A stretch of DNA of 64,000 nt from contig OY762492.1 in the NCBI GenBank assembly GCA_963665845.2, positions 1,536,001-1,600,000 on the forward strand, given 5' to 3'. The DNA is from Candidatus Poribacteria bacterium. GTDB taxonomy: Bacteria > Poribacteria > WGA-4E > GCA-2687025. The notes beneath the pieces are model-generated. The model was not told the origin of the DNA. It searched no databases and worked only from the letters and a program-made list of their open reading frames with translations. Shown one piece after another: positions 45,800 to 55,694 of this stretch; the first letter of the stretch is position 1; the number at the start of each line of letters is the position of its first letter. The position numbers and the translations under genes were made by a program.

Positions 45800-47463
45800 A
45801 AAACAGGCTGAAACGATGGGTTCGACAGCCTGAAAACGCGCTCTTTGCAGGGCTGATTCTCCTGCATCTCATACCGATCTGGGCGTTCACCTATTTTCCG
45901 TCGCAGGACGGACCCGCCCATCTCAACAACGCCAACGTTCTGCGCGAATACAACCATCCCGACCGCTCCGTCTTCCGCGAATATTATGTCATCAACTCAA
46001 ACCCGGAGCCGAATTGGACGGGGCATCTGGCGCTGGCGGGGTTGATGTTTCTCGTCCCGCTGCTGACGGCGGAGAAGCTGCTTTTGAGCGTCTATGTTGT
46101 CCTGCTGCCGTTGTCGGCGCGGTATGCGGTCCGCGCGGTGAACCCTGAAAACGCGGGGCTGGCATCTCTCTCTTTTCCGTTCATCTTCAACTACCTGCTC
46201 CACATGGGCTTTTACAATTTTTCGTACAGCCTCCCGTTCTTCTTTTTTGCGGTCGGTTACTGGGCGAAGAAACAGGAGCGGTTCGGATGGCGCGAGGGGT
46301 TGATCATGGGGCTGTTGTGGCTCGCGCTGTACTTCTCTCACATCTTCACGGTCGTAACGGCATGCGCCGCGCTCGGATTGACGGTCTTGATCTTCACCGC
46401 GCTGGACATCATAAAACGGCTGCGCGGGAAGCCGCTTCATCGGGTCGGCGCGGACGGGTCGCCTGAAGAGACATCGTTCTGGCGGCTTTTCGTCTCGCGG
46501 GCGGTCGTTCCGCTGATTGCGTTCATTCCGACGCTGCTGTTTGCGTTGAATTTTCTCAACCAGAAAGGCACGAACCGAAGCGCTCGGCTTCCGTTCGAGT
46601 CGCAGTGGCGCCGCCTGCGCACTTTAGAGTCGCTTGTATCGTTCGACGCGCTGGAGGTTTGGCTTGCGATTTCGGTTGCCGCGCTGTTTGCGGCGCTGAC
46701 CGCCTTTTTGCTTTTGGTTAAAATCGTCCGCCGGGAATGGAACCGATGGGACGCGCTGCTGGTCGTGTCGGCGGCGTATGTGTACATCTATTTCATCGCG
46801 CCGGACGGCATGTCGGGCGGCGGATTCATCAGCCACCGCATGATCCTGTTTCCATACATCGCGCTGCTGCTGTGGGCGGCGGGGCAGCGCTGGCCGGTAT
46901 GGTCAAAGCGGGTTGCGCAGGGGGCCGCGGCGGCGCTCGCCATCGCGTTCGTCTGCCTGCATATGCGCAGCTACGCGCAGCTGAACGAGTATCTGGAAGA
47001 GTACATCTCGGCGGGCGACCATGTGGAGACGAACACAACGCTTTTGCCGCTCTGCTTTAGCCACCAAGGGCGCGACGACGAGGATCGGATCATGGCGCGG
47101 CGCATCGGACCTTTTCTGCATGCGTCCGGCATCATCGCGGCAAAAAGGCGGATTGTCGAGATGGACAATTACGAAGGCAACACCACCTATTTTCCCGTTC
47201 TGTTTAGACCCGAAAAAAATCCGTTCCGTCATATCGGCTCCATTGAAGCGCAGCCGCCGCAGGTCGACTTTCTTTCTTTTAATGAAAAAACGGGCGGAAC
47301 GGTCGACTATGTCTTGCTGTGGCAGCTTCGAGACCTGTATCATGAACACGCGCAGAACATCTTGCAGCAGCTGGACGAGGGCGGCTATGAACGCATCTTC
47401 GTCTCCGAGCCGAGAGGCGCCGCCCAACTTTACCGCCGACCCGGCATGAAAACAGGCGAATGA
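45796..47463 (+). CDS. multi-TM membrane protein, probable GT-C fold
   Basis: FPSQDGPAHL after TM1, MGFYNF, SH; about 11 TM and a soluble C-terminal domain. Confidence 0.7.
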   Translation: MKNRLKRWVRQPENALFAGLILLHLIPIWAFTYFPSQDGPAHLNNANVLREYNHPDRSVFREYYVINSNPEPNWTGHLALAGLMFLVPLLTAEKLLLSVYVVLLPLSARYAVRAVNPENAGLASLSFPFIFNYLLHMGFYNFSYSLPFFFFAVGYWAKKQERFGWREGLIMGLLWLALYFSHIFTVVTACAALGLTVLIFTALDIIKRLRGKPLHRVGADGSPEETSFWRLFVSRAVVPLIAFIPTLLFALNFLNQKGTNRSARLPFESQWRRLRTLESLVSFDALEVWLAISVAALFAALTAFLLLVKIVRREWNRWDALLVVSAAYVYIYFIAPDGMSGGGFISHRMILFPYIALLLWAAGQRWPVWSKRVAQGAAAALAIAFVCLHMRSYAQLNEYLEEYISAGDHVETNTTLLPLCFSHQGRDDEDRIMARRIGPFLHASGIIAAKRRIVEMDNYEGNTTYFPVLFRPEKNPFRHIGSIEAQPPQVDFLSFNEKTGGTVDYVLLWQLRDLYHEHAQNILQQLDEGGYERIFVSEPRGAAQLYRRPGMKTGE

Positions 47464-48155
47464 ACAAGCCGCCGACCGCCCCCATACCTGCAGGCTGGTT
47501 CTGGATGGGTTCCAACGACGGACCGGAGAACGAACGTCCAATGCGCCGCGTTTGGATCAATGCGTTTGAGATGGGCGTTTTCGCTGTCTCGAACCGAGAA
47601 TACGCGGTTTTTCTGGAGGCGTCGGGGCATGAGCCGCCCCCCTTTTTCCATAATCCGAAACTGAACGCGCCGAATCAGCCGGTCGTCGGACCGAGCTGGC
47701 ATGACGCGAACGCCTACATTAAGTGGCTGTCCGAGGCGGTCGGGGAGGCGTACCGGTTGCCGACCGAGGCGGAGCGGGAGAAAGCGGCGCGCGGCAAGCT
47801 GTATCAGCGGGCGTATCCATGGGGGGACGCGCTCCCGGCGAACGCTGAAGGCGGACGCCGAACCCCGCTCGAACCGGCGGACGCCTACGCGCCGAACGGG
47901 TACGGTTTATACGGCATGGCGAGCGGGGTTCATGAGTGGTGCGCGGACTGGTACGATCCTGGCTATTATGCGTCGGCGCCAGAACGCAACCCGCGCGGTC
48001 CGTCGGCAGGGGAGCGGAAAGCGGCGCGCGGCGGATCATGGCGGCACAGCGTCCGTTTCACGCGCTGCGCCGCGAGAAGCGCCCTCGCCCCTGATAAACA
48101 GTTCAGCGACTTCGGATTTCGGCTCGCGAGAGACGCTGACGACGAGGGTTCCTAG
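47460..48155 (+). CDS. FGE-sulfatase (SUMF1-like) domain protein
   Basis: FWMGS, PVVGPSW.DA, RLPTEAE.EKAARG, YPWG, NGYGLY, EWCADWY, RGGSW, GFRL. Confidence 0.88.
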   Translation: MNKPPTAPIPAGWFWMGSNDGPENERPMRRVWINAFEMGVFAVSNREYAVFLEASGHEPPPFFHNPKLNAPNQPVVGPSWHDANAYIKWLSEAVGEAYRLPTEAEREKAARGKLYQRAYPWGDALPANAEGGRRTPLEPADAYAPNGYGLYGMASGVHEWCADWYDPGYYASAPERNPRGPSAGERKAARGGSWRHSVRFTRCAARSALAPDKQFSDFGFRLARDADDEGS

Positions 48156-48335
48156 ACTCCTCCTTGAGAAGGGGGCTGGGGGGTTTTAAAGGACGGGCGC
48201 GGCGGCTGCGATTCCTTAAGATTTCCGCTTACGCGGGAATGACGCGAAAAGGGCCCGGGAATGACGCGAAAAGGGCCCGGGAATGATCCCGTTTTCGAGG
48301 GGCAGGTTATGTGGGCGCGGGGTTTCTAGACTCCT
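48155..48335. repeat. intergenic palindromic repeat cluster with short tandem duplication
   Basis: ccttgagaagggggctggggg; atttccgcttacgcgggaatgac; gggaatgacgcgaaaagggccc twice. Confidence 0.8.
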
Positions 48336-48379
48336 CCTGTTTGTCCAACAAGTTTCAACTTTACGCATGACGCCAGCCT

Positions 48380-49207
48380 TCAACCCAGAACCGCGTCCAC
48401 CTCCGCCTCCCAGGTACCTTCCACCATGCGTCCGTATTCGTTCATGCCGCCGCTGGCTTGCGGTCCGCCGACGATGGGGCGCATTGCCGCGTTCGTTTCC
48501 CAGGACGGATGCTGCGTGAAGTCGGTATGCAGAAAGTGAAGCGCGACGCCCGCTCGGTCATGGTCGGTTCGGTTCTCTTTTGTGCAGTGGGCGGTGCCGT
48601 AGCAGAAGAAGGCGACGCCGCCCGCTTTCAGCTCAATGGCGCGTTCCCGCTCCTTTTCGTTCGGCGGATCGCATCGGATATGATGGTCGCTGAGCGGGTC
48701 GCGGTAATGCTCGTACTGCTCCTTGTAGCTGCCGGGGATGACATGGATCGTTCCGTTTTCGATGGTCGCGTCATGTATGGCGATCCACATGGCGGTTCCG
48801 CGCAGCGGGTCCGATATTTTGAAGTAGGCGTTGTCTTGGTGCCACTGGGTGCCGATGCCCTGCCGCGCCGGCTTCCAGAAGCTCTGGTCTAGATGCAGGC
48901 GGAAGCTGCCGCCGATGAGCGCGCCGACCGCTGCGGACACCTTCGGATGAAACGGCAAAGCTCTGTAAAGGGGGCTCTTGTCGTTGAGCGGTATGAGCTG
49001 GAGGTTTTGAAGGTCGCCGTCGTCTTTCCGCTTCGTTCCGTCCGCCTGAATGGCGACGTTGAGCGAAACCCCCGCCTGCCGCCTCGCTTCGTACATGCGT
49101 TCCAGTTCGGCGCGCAGCGCGTCGATTTCGCGCGGCGTGAAGAACGGGTCGATGGCGAGATACCCCTGCTCATTCCACTGCTTCAGCTGCGCTTCGGTCA
49201 ATTTCAT
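48380..49207 (-). CDS. phytanoyl-CoA dioxygenase (PhyH) family 2OG-Fe(II) oxygenase
   Basis: LTEAQ..Q..EQGYL, WHQDNAY, WIAIHDATIENG, H..N.T..R. Confidence 0.92.
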   Translation of the reverse strand: MKLTEAQLKQWNEQGYLAIDPFFTPREIDALRAELERMYEARRQAGVSLNVAIQADGTKRKDDGDLQNLQLIPLNDKSPLYRALPFHPKVSAAVGALIGGSFRLHLDQSFWKPARQGIGTQWHQDNAYFKISDPLRGTAMWIAIHDATIENGTIHVIPGSYKEQYEHYRDPLSDHHIRCDPPNEKERERAIELKAGGVAFFCYGTAHCTKENRTDHDRAGVALHFLHTDFTQHPSWETNAAMRPIVGGPQASGGMNEYGRMVEGTWEAEVDAVLG

Positions 49208-49353
49208 CGGAAAGCTCTCCTTGTTGTTGTTGGCGCGGGCGTATTGTAGCAGAAAGGCGGCGGCGTGTAAAATGCGCTGGAACGCCGCCCCCCGTAACAT
49301 ACATCATGCTTGCTGAAGAGGAGAGAGGCGGAAATGACATATTGAGCGGGAGG

Positions 49354-50820
49354 CTACTCTGCTTCCATGGGCAGTTCAGGCGGCTCCCCGTCAAGTATGT
49401 CTTCTAGGGCGCCGCGCATCGTTTCGTAGGTGTGGAACGGGTCTAGCATCTTCACCAGCTGCCCTGTTTCTAGGTAGATCGTGTCCCAGTCGACCGCGCT
49501 CATGATCGGGCGCTCCGAGAGCATGCGCATGATGAGCGCGCGTCCGTAGGCGCGGGTGTCGCGCGGGGGGTCGTACATCGCGTCCTCCACCTCGCGGTCG
49601 CTCACCAGCTCCCGCATCAAACCCTCCTCCACCAGATCGGCGTAAAGGCTCCGGTCAGGGTCAATCTTATGGTATTCCAGGTCAACGCTTTGAAGCCATG
49701 GGTCGTCCCAAGAGAGACGCTCCTCCTCCACAAATGTCTCCAGAAGCCACTTCTTCGCCGCCCAGTCGATCCGATCTTTCAGCAGTTCAGGGTCCTGCGA
49801 CAGCCCCTCCAGCGCGCTGCGCCATTCTCGAAGGATTGCATCCATCTCGACCGACTCCCCCAGAAGGTAACGCTCCGCTATATCCAGATAGGTTTCTTGA
49901 ATCTCCATCGCGCTGGTGTATCCGCCGTGCGCGAGCGCAATCGGCCAAGGTCCTTTCACCGCGCGCGATACAATGCGCAGCGACCGTATCGGATTCGCAA
50001 TCTCGATCTCCGGAAAAGGAACGCCCGCTTCAATCAGCTGCAGAACCGCCGCCGTCGATCCGATTTTCAGCATATGCGCGTATTCCGACATGTTCGTGTC
50101 GCCCAGCAGCAGATGCAGACGCCGAAAGCGGTTCGAATCTGCCAGCGGTTCGTCGCGCGTGTTGATGATGGCGCGGCTGAACTGAACCCACTGGTACTGC
50201 TCCGTTACGATATGGTCGCTGCGCTGCGAGATCTGATACGGCGAGTCGGGGTCGATGCGCGTCGCGCGCCGATGCCGCCGCGGCGAGTCGGCTTCCCACA
50301 TATCCTCTTCATGGTACCCGATGCGTCCGGCGCCGGCGTAAATCTGCCGTGTGATCAGAAACGGTATCAGCGCTGGAATGACGCGCTGATAAAAATCGAC
50401 ATCTCGGCTCATGAGGTAGTTTTCATGGTATCCGAAGGTGGCGCCGGTTACATGGTCGATGTTGTTGCGCACAAAGGATGCTTGATCCCGCAGACCCAGC
50501 CCGTCCAGCGCGTCCACAATCAGATTGTCCATCGCCCGCTCATACACGATCAGGTCGCGCACCGAGCGGCACTCCGGCGTGGCATACTCGATATGCCCCA
50601 TGTCGATATAGAGCCGTCCGCCGTTGAACATGAAGCCGCCGTTGCCGGGCGGTTCGCCCCAGTCGCGGTAATGCTCGTCCAGCATTCCGACATCCATTTC
50701 GCGGAACATGTAATCTTTCACGCGGAGCGCGAGGGCTTCAGGCGTGATCTCCATCGCCAGATCGTCGTCCTCAATGAGGCAGCCGTATTCGATCTCTGTG
50801 CCGAAGAGACGCGGGTTCAT
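49354..50820 (-). CDS. pafA: Pup/UBact ligase family protein (PafA-like)
   Basis: FGTEIEYG, NGGRLYIDMGHIEYATPEC, GYHENY, SQRSDHI, IINTRDEP, RRLH..GD.NMSE, DLEYH, PP.DTRA; positioned after prcA. Confidence 0.85.
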   Translation of the reverse strand: MNPRLFGTEIEYGCLIEDDDLAMEITPEALALRVKDYMFREMDVGMLDEHYRDWGEPPGNGGFMFNGGRLYIDMGHIEYATPECRSVRDLIVYERAMDNLIVDALDGLGLRDQASFVRNNIDHVTGATFGYHENYLMSRDVDFYQRVIPALIPFLITRQIYAGAGRIGYHEEDMWEADSPRRHRRATRIDPDSPYQISQRSDHIVTEQYQWVQFSRAIINTRDEPLADSNRFRRLHLLLGDTNMSEYAHMLKIGSTAAVLQLIEAGVPFPEIEIANPIRSLRIVSRAVKGPWPIALAHGGYTSAMEIQETYLDIAERYLLGESVEMDAILREWRSALEGLSQDPELLKDRIDWAAKKWLLETFVEEERLSWDDPWLQSVDLEYHKIDPDRSLYADLVEEGLMRELVSDREVEDAMYDPPRDTRAYGRALIMRMLSERPIMSAVDWDTIYLETGQLVKMLDPFHTYETMRGALEDILDGEPPELPMEAE

Positions 50821-51632
50821 CTGTCTTTCCCGCTCTCTTTTGGACGCAGCTCGTCCGCCGCTTCGACAACGACGCGCAGCTCCTCTTTCGTCAGCCGGCG
50901 GTATTTCGCCTTGCCGCTCAAGGTATGGTCTAGGACGGCCGCTTCGGGCAGAAGCCGTTCCGCCGCTTTTTCGAGAGCCGCGCCGACCGCTTCATCCGAC
51001 GGCGGGGGCGGCTCCTCGTCGAGATCGTCGTCCGCCCCATGGAGAGCCGCGCTGAAAGAGGCTCCCCATGCGTAGACGGCGCAGCGCAGCGACTCTTCAA
51101 GAGACGGCGAGTCGGACAGACCCGTCTCCATCGCATGCAGGGCGGTTGTTTCCGCGTCATGCGTTCCGGCGGCGGCTCCGAACCGGTCATGCGCGCTGAA
51201 GTTGCCGTCAAAGCTGACCGTGAAAAACTGCGTCTGCTCCGCTTTCGGCGCCAGCTCCGCCATCAAGCATTTGGCGATGAACGGGGAGCGGTAGATTTCA
51301 TCGAACGCCTGTTTGATCTGGGGCGCGATGGTGAAATGGAGCAGCCGCTGGAGCGTTACATCGTCCGCCGACCGGGCAAACCCCTCCACATGCGCCAAGT
51401 TAACGGCGATCATGCGCAGCCGCTCCACATCGGCGGGATGCCCCAGTCCGCCCATCGCCAGCCGGTCGTACACCTCATAGATTTTCTGCTGCCCGCGCGG
51501 ACACATTGTGAAAAGCAAAGCGCCGTTGTTGTACGGCAAGCCGACGACGGGGCTGCCGCTGCGCAGCCGCTTTTCAACATACTGAACGCGGTTTTCTAGA
51601 GCCTGAATCCATCGGCGCGGTTCGTCATACAT
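50817..51632 (-). CDS. prcA: 20S proteasome alpha subunit
   Basis: GSPVVG, KIYEVYDRLAMGGLG, SADDVT, VSFDG, EAAVLD. Confidence 0.9.
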   Translation of the reverse strand: MYDEPRRWIQALENRVQYVEKRLRSGSPVVGLPYNNGALLFTMCPRGQQKIYEVYDRLAMGGLGHPADVERLRMIAVNLAHVEGFARSADDVTLQRLLHFTIAPQIKQAFDEIYRSPFIAKCLMAELAPKAEQTQFFTVSFDGNFSAHDRFGAAAGTHDAETTALHAMETGLSDSPSLEESLRCAVYAWGASFSAALHGADDDLDEEPPPPSDEAVGAALEKAAERLLPEAAVLDHTLSGKAKYRRLTKEELRVVVEAADELRPKESGKDR

Positions 51633-52410
51633 TGGACGCCCCGATCTCTGTCAAGGTATCTTCCGAGAGCGTTTCGACGCCGTCTTCGGTCAAACATTTG
51701 ACGGTGGGCGTTCCGCCGCCGGTCGCGGAGTCGAAGTGCGCCGCGGCTTGAAGCATGCGCAGCGTCAGCTGTATTGCCGCCTGCCTGTCCAGGTCGGCGA
51801 TTCGCTGCCGCCATCGGTTTTCATAATACAAGGCGCCGCGTATCCATACCGACCCGGAGCCTGCCGCGGCGAAGTCGGTCATTTCAAACTGCGCGCCGAG
51901 CGCGTCGTAAAAGTAGAGCCGCGTTTCGCCGGCGAGGTCGTCGTACGCCGCAAAAATGGGCAGTACCCCGCCGATGCCCTGCAGCGCCATCCCCAGATTT
52001 TCTTTCATCAATTGCGACAGGGCGCGCAGTTTTCCTTCTAGGCTCATCTCTTGCAGCTGACTGCGCCTGTAGTATCTAAAGGAGTATTCTAGAACGCGCG
52101 CCATCTCATAGGCGGCGGCGGGGGAGCCTGAAATCGCCATCACCGAACGTTCGTCGATTTCAAGCACTTTGTCGGCGCGGTCGTACATAATGGCGGAGCC
52201 GGCGACGGCGCGCCGGTCGCCGGCGATGAGCGCGCCGCCGTTGTAACGCAGCGCCAGCACGGTGGTGCCTTCGGTATGTTGAAGCGCGTCGTCGGCGCCG
52301 GCGGCGTTGAGCGCGGGCATCGGCGAGATTCCCTGCGCGCGCAGTAGCGACAGAAAATCGCCGCGGAAGCCCGCGCCGTAGAGCGCCTGTCGGCTGGAGG
52401 TGTCGTCCAC
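51625..52410 (-). CDS. prcB: 20S proteasome beta subunit
   Basis: Propeptide then EG|TTVLAL; Thr1, Asp17 and Lys33 at the correct spacing; GSGS; DSATGG. Confidence 0.93.
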   Translation of the reverse strand: MDDTSSRQALYGAGFRGDFLSLLRAQGISPMPALNAAGADDALQHTEGTTVLALRYNGGALIAGDRRAVAGSAIMYDRADKVLEIDERSVMAISGSPAAAYEMARVLEYSFRYYRRSQLQEMSLEGKLRALSQLMKENLGMALQGIGGVLPIFAAYDDLAGETRLYFYDALGAQFEMTDFAAAGSGSVWIRGALYYENRWRQRIADLDRQAAIQLTLRMLQAAAHFDSATGGGTPTVKCLTEDGVETLSEDTLTEIGASNV

Positions 52411-52421
52411 TCTTGCGGCTC

Positions 52422-52616
52422 CTATTCGCCGGTCCGCTGTCGATACCGGCGCGCCTGGTCTTTGTCGACCTGGCGCATTCGGCGCAGCAGCCGTTTTCGG
52501 CTTGGTTCTTCTATGTCGGGGCGCGTCGGGCCGGCGTCGTCTCCGCCGCCTTCTTTGCGCCAGGGTTCTTTTGTTCGCTGGGGGCGTTCTTTGCGCGTCG
52601 CGTCTTCCATTTTCAT
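52422..52616 (-). CDS. ubact: ubiquitin-like modifier UBact (64 aa)
   Basis: Small disordered protein ending LLRRMRQVDKDQARRYRQRTGE, directly upstream of prcB. Confidence 0.9.
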   Translation of the reverse strand: MKMEDATRKERPQRTKEPWRKEGGGDDAGPTRPDIEEPSRKRLLRRMRQVDKDQARRYRQRTGE

Positions 52617-52647
52617 TGCGGTCCGCCTTTCTTTGTCGTTTGGAATG

Positions 52648-52676
52648 AGATTACCAAACATGGAGCCGTTTGTCAA
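52648..52676 (-). promoter_or_regulatory. sigma70 promoter of ubact-prcB-prcA-pafA
   Basis: Minus strand TTGACA-17nt-TAATCT, about 30 nt upstream of the ubact ATG. Confidence 0.65.
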
Positions 52677-52748
52677 ACGCATCTTTGACCGGCAGTACGC
52701 TCATGCGGCGATCGCGGTTGGGAGTACCGCCCAGCCCTAGCGCAACCT

Positions 52749-53180
52749 TCACCCGCCGCTGGATCGGCTCGCCAGATAGCCGCGCAGGATGAGCGCCGCC
52801 GCCGCGCTGTCTAGGGCGCCTTTTTCCCGCTGCCGGCGACGCTTTTTCGGCGAGACGCCCTGAAACGCGCGCGACGCCTCCGCCGTCGTCAACCGCTCAT
52901 CCCAGGTCTCCACGCGGCAGGGGACCCGCTTCTCCAATGCCCGCGCAAACGCCAGAACCTTCCGCGCTTGCTGTCCGATCTCGTTCCGCAGCGTTTTCGG
53001 CAAGCCGACCACGACCGCTTCCGCCCCGCGCGCCTCCGCCAACGCGCAGACCGCCGACAAATCCGCCTCCAAACTGGTTCGCGCAATTGCGTCCAGCGGC
53101 AGCGCGGCGATCCCAAGCGGGTCTGAACAGGCGACCCCGATCCGCTTCTCTCCGACATCCAGCGCGAGCGTCACGCTCAT
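52749..53180 (-). CDS. ruvX: RuvX/YqgF pre-16S rRNA nuclease
   Basis: LALDVGEKRIGVACSD, VVGLP, WDERLTT, DSAAAALIL. Confidence 0.94.
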   Translation of the reverse strand: MSVTLALDVGEKRIGVACSDPLGIAALPLDAIARTSLEADLSAVCALAEARGAEAVVVGLPKTLRNEIGQQARKVLAFARALEKRVPCRVETWDERLTTAEASRAFQGVSPKKRRRQREKGALDSAAAALILRGYLASRSSGG

Positions 53181-53276
53181 TGCATTCTCCTTGCATTCTC
53201 CCTGCATTTTCCTATGATTGTTGAATTGCGCCGTCTAGCATATCGTTAAGGAAACGGCGCAACATGAAAGCGAGCG

Positions 53277-54314
53277 ATGATGATCGTTGAAACGCAAGCG
53301 TATGCGCGGGTCGGTCTCATGGGCAACCCGTCCGACATTTTTTTTGGAAAAACCATCGCGGCGGCGATCCAAAATTTTCAGGCGAATGTGCGCCTCTGGG
53401 AAAGCCCCGGCATTGAACTCCGCCGCCATCCGATACACGACTCCACCCAGTTTGAAAGCATCGCGCAGCTCGAAGAGCGGGCGCGCATCGAAGGCTACTA
53501 CGGGGGCATGCGCCTCGTCTTCGCCACATGCAAAAAGTTCCGCGAATTCTGCGACAAGCGCGGCGTCTCTCTTCATGCCCGTAACTTTACCATCGAATAC
53601 GACACAAACATTCCGCGCCAGGTCGGCCTCGGCGGCTCCAGCGCCATCATCACCGCCGTCATCCGCGCGCTCATGCAGTTTTACGAAATACGCGCCGGCG
53701 ACCATTTCCCCAAACCGGAACTCCCAAACCTAACCTTGAGCGTCGAAACGGAGGAGCTGGACATCACCGCGGGGCTGCAAGACCGCGTCGTTCAGGCATA
53801 CGGCGGAACCGTCTTTATGGACTTTGACGAAAAGCTGATGCTGGAGTACGGCTACGGCGACTATTCGCGCCTTGACGGACGGACGCTCCCGCCGTTGTTT
53901 TTGGCATACCGCAGCGCGAGCGGCGAATCGGGCAAGGTGCATAACAACGTGCGCTTTCGATACGAGGCGGGCGACCAGGAGGTGATCGACGCAATGAAGC
54001 GTTTTGCGCAGTTTGCGGTGGAGGCGCGCCATGCGCTCGCGGAGGGGGATATGGACGCCCTCGGCGCGCTGATGAACCAAAACTTCGACCTGCGGCGGAA
54101 GATTTTTGGCGACAAGGCGATGGACCCGCGCGACATTGAGATGGTCGAACTGGCGCGCGCGCTCGGCTGCCCCGCCAAGTTCAGCGGCTCCAGAGCGGCG
54201 GTCGTCGGCTTTTGCCAAGACGAACTGATCATGCGGCGGCTCGCGCGGGCGTATGAAGAAAAAGGGTTCTCCTTCGAACCGATACGGGTTGAAATGCGGA
54301 ATGCGGGCGAGTAA
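53277..54314 (+). CDS. GHMP kinase, glucuronokinase-like
   Basis: AYARVGLMGNPSD, GYYGG.RL, IPRQVGLGGSSA, AGLQDRVVQAY, NFDLRR. Confidence 0.85.
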   Translation: MMIVETQAYARVGLMGNPSDIFFGKTIAAAIQNFQANVRLWESPGIELRRHPIHDSTQFESIAQLEERARIEGYYGGMRLVFATCKKFREFCDKRGVSLHARNFTIEYDTNIPRQVGLGGSSAIITAVIRALMQFYEIRAGDHFPKPELPNLTLSVETEELDITAGLQDRVVQAYGGTVFMDFDEKLMLEYGYGDYSRLDGRTLPPLFLAYRSASGESGKVHNNVRFRYEAGDQEVIDAMKRFAQFAVEARHALAEGDMDALGALMNQNFDLRRKIFGDKAMDPRDIEMVELARALGCPAKFSGSRAAVVGFCQDELIMRRLARAYEEKGFSFEPIRVEMRNAGE

Positions 54315-55686
54315 GGCGCGGCTTGCCGTCTGGGGGTGCGCGTCGGCGGCGCTGTGCGTTCTGCTCGCGCGGTTGACACAGGCGCGCGGCGCCGAGCTGG
54401 TTCTCGCGCTTGGCGTCGGCGCATGCATACTTTTTTTTGCGGGAGCGGCGCCGGAGCTGTCGCTGTATGTTCTGCTGGCGGCGCTGCCGTACTCGTTTCG
54501 GTTCATCTTCGCGCGGCAGACGGAGCTGCAGGTCCCGTCGGAACCGATCGCCGCGGCGCTCCTCGGCGCGTATCTGTTCGACAGACTCGTTCTGCATGCG
54601 CAGGGGGGGAAGGCGGAGCCGCACCCGCTCCGATGGCCGCTCATCGCGTATGCGTTGACGCTGGCGCTGGCGGCGTCGCAGTCGGACCGGCTGCTGGTGT
54701 CGGCAAAGAACGCGGCGCGGTCGACCGCGTATATCGGTCTCGCGTTTTCGTTTTACGCGCTGCTGCGCCGCCCCGCCGTTTTTCGGGGAGCCGTTGCCGC
54801 CTTGACCGCAGGAGGCGCCGTTGCCGCGGGCGTCATGACCGTACTTCTCGCGTCCAGATTCGAGTCGCTGGCGTATTCGTCCGCTTATCGAGGCGCGCTC
54901 TTCACCGACTACACAGGCTACGGCGCCTATCTAACCATCTTTCTGCTGCCGTTGATTTCGTTCGCCCTGTTTGACGCGGACTCTGGAAGCCGCCGCCCTT
55001 GGAGGTGGGGGCTGCTGGGGCTGTTCAGCTTTTCGATGCTGTTTTGCTGGTCGAGGGGGGCGTGGACGTCGCTTTTGGCGGGCGTTCTTTTGTTGATGTT
55101 TCAAAAAAGCGGCATGTCAAATCGGCGCAAATGGCTCATCGCATGCGTCGGGTTGAGCCTCGCCGCTGCCGCCGCGCTGATTCCCGCCGCGCGAGAGGCG
55201 GTCCTCGGGCGCGTCTTGTCGATCTTCGACCCATCGTACGCTTCGAACCGCGCGCGCCTGCTTCGGTGGGGCTACGCGCTGGAGATGTTCTGGAGCCAGC
55301 CTGTTTTGGGCTACGGTCCAGGCTCCTTCGCTCAAAGTTATGTGAACGAAGCGTTTTTGGGTTACGCCGGGCAGTTCAACCTCGGCGCGCACAACATCTA
55401 TCTGCAGACGCTGGCGGAGACGGGGCTTGTTGGATTTGCGGCGCTGGCGTGGCTTGGCGCGTCGTTTTACCGGTACGCGTTTCGTTTGGCGAATCGACTG
55501 GAGGACGCTTACTGGCGGGCATGGGTACTCGGTTTGACCGCGGTACAGACTTCCTTCTGGGTTAGTTTCTTGGTCGGCGCGCCGTTGAGCCGGGACATTG
55601 TGAGCGTTCCGTTTTGGGGAATCTTTGGCGCTCTCCCCGCCATCGAAGCGCTGGCGAACGGCGCCGAAAGCCCGCCCTCTCCATAG
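54301..55686 (+). CDS. O-antigen ligase/Wzy_C family membrane protein
   Basis: WSRGAW, SNRARLLRW, P.LGYGPGSF, AHNIYLQTLAETGLVG. Confidence 0.88.
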   Translation: MRASKARLAVWGCASAALCVLLARLTQARGAELVLALGVGACILFFAGAAPELSLYVLLAALPYSFRFIFARQTELQVPSEPIAAALLGAYLFDRLVLHAQGGKAEPHPLRWPLIAYALTLALAASQSDRLLVSAKNAARSTAYIGLAFSFYALLRRPAVFRGAVAALTAGGAVAAGVMTVLLASRFESLAYSSAYRGALFTDYTGYGAYLTIFLLPLISFALFDADSGSRRPWRWGLLGLFSFSMLFCWSRGAWTSLLAGVLLLMFQKSGMSNRRKWLIACVGLSLAAAAALIPAAREAVLGRVLSIFDPSYASNRARLLRWGYALEMFWSQPVLGYGPGSFAQSYVNEAFLGYAGQFNLGAHNIYLQTLAETGLVGFAALAWLGASFYRYAFRLANRLEDAYWRAWVLGLTAVQTSFWVSFLVGAPLSRDIVSVPFWGIFGALPAIEALANGAESPPSP

Positions 55687-55694
55687 AGACGGCC

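Noticed and set aside
47460-48155. True formylglycine-generating enzyme or DGR target
   Set aside because: Catalytic Cys pair absent; no template repeat of its 3' end found in the window
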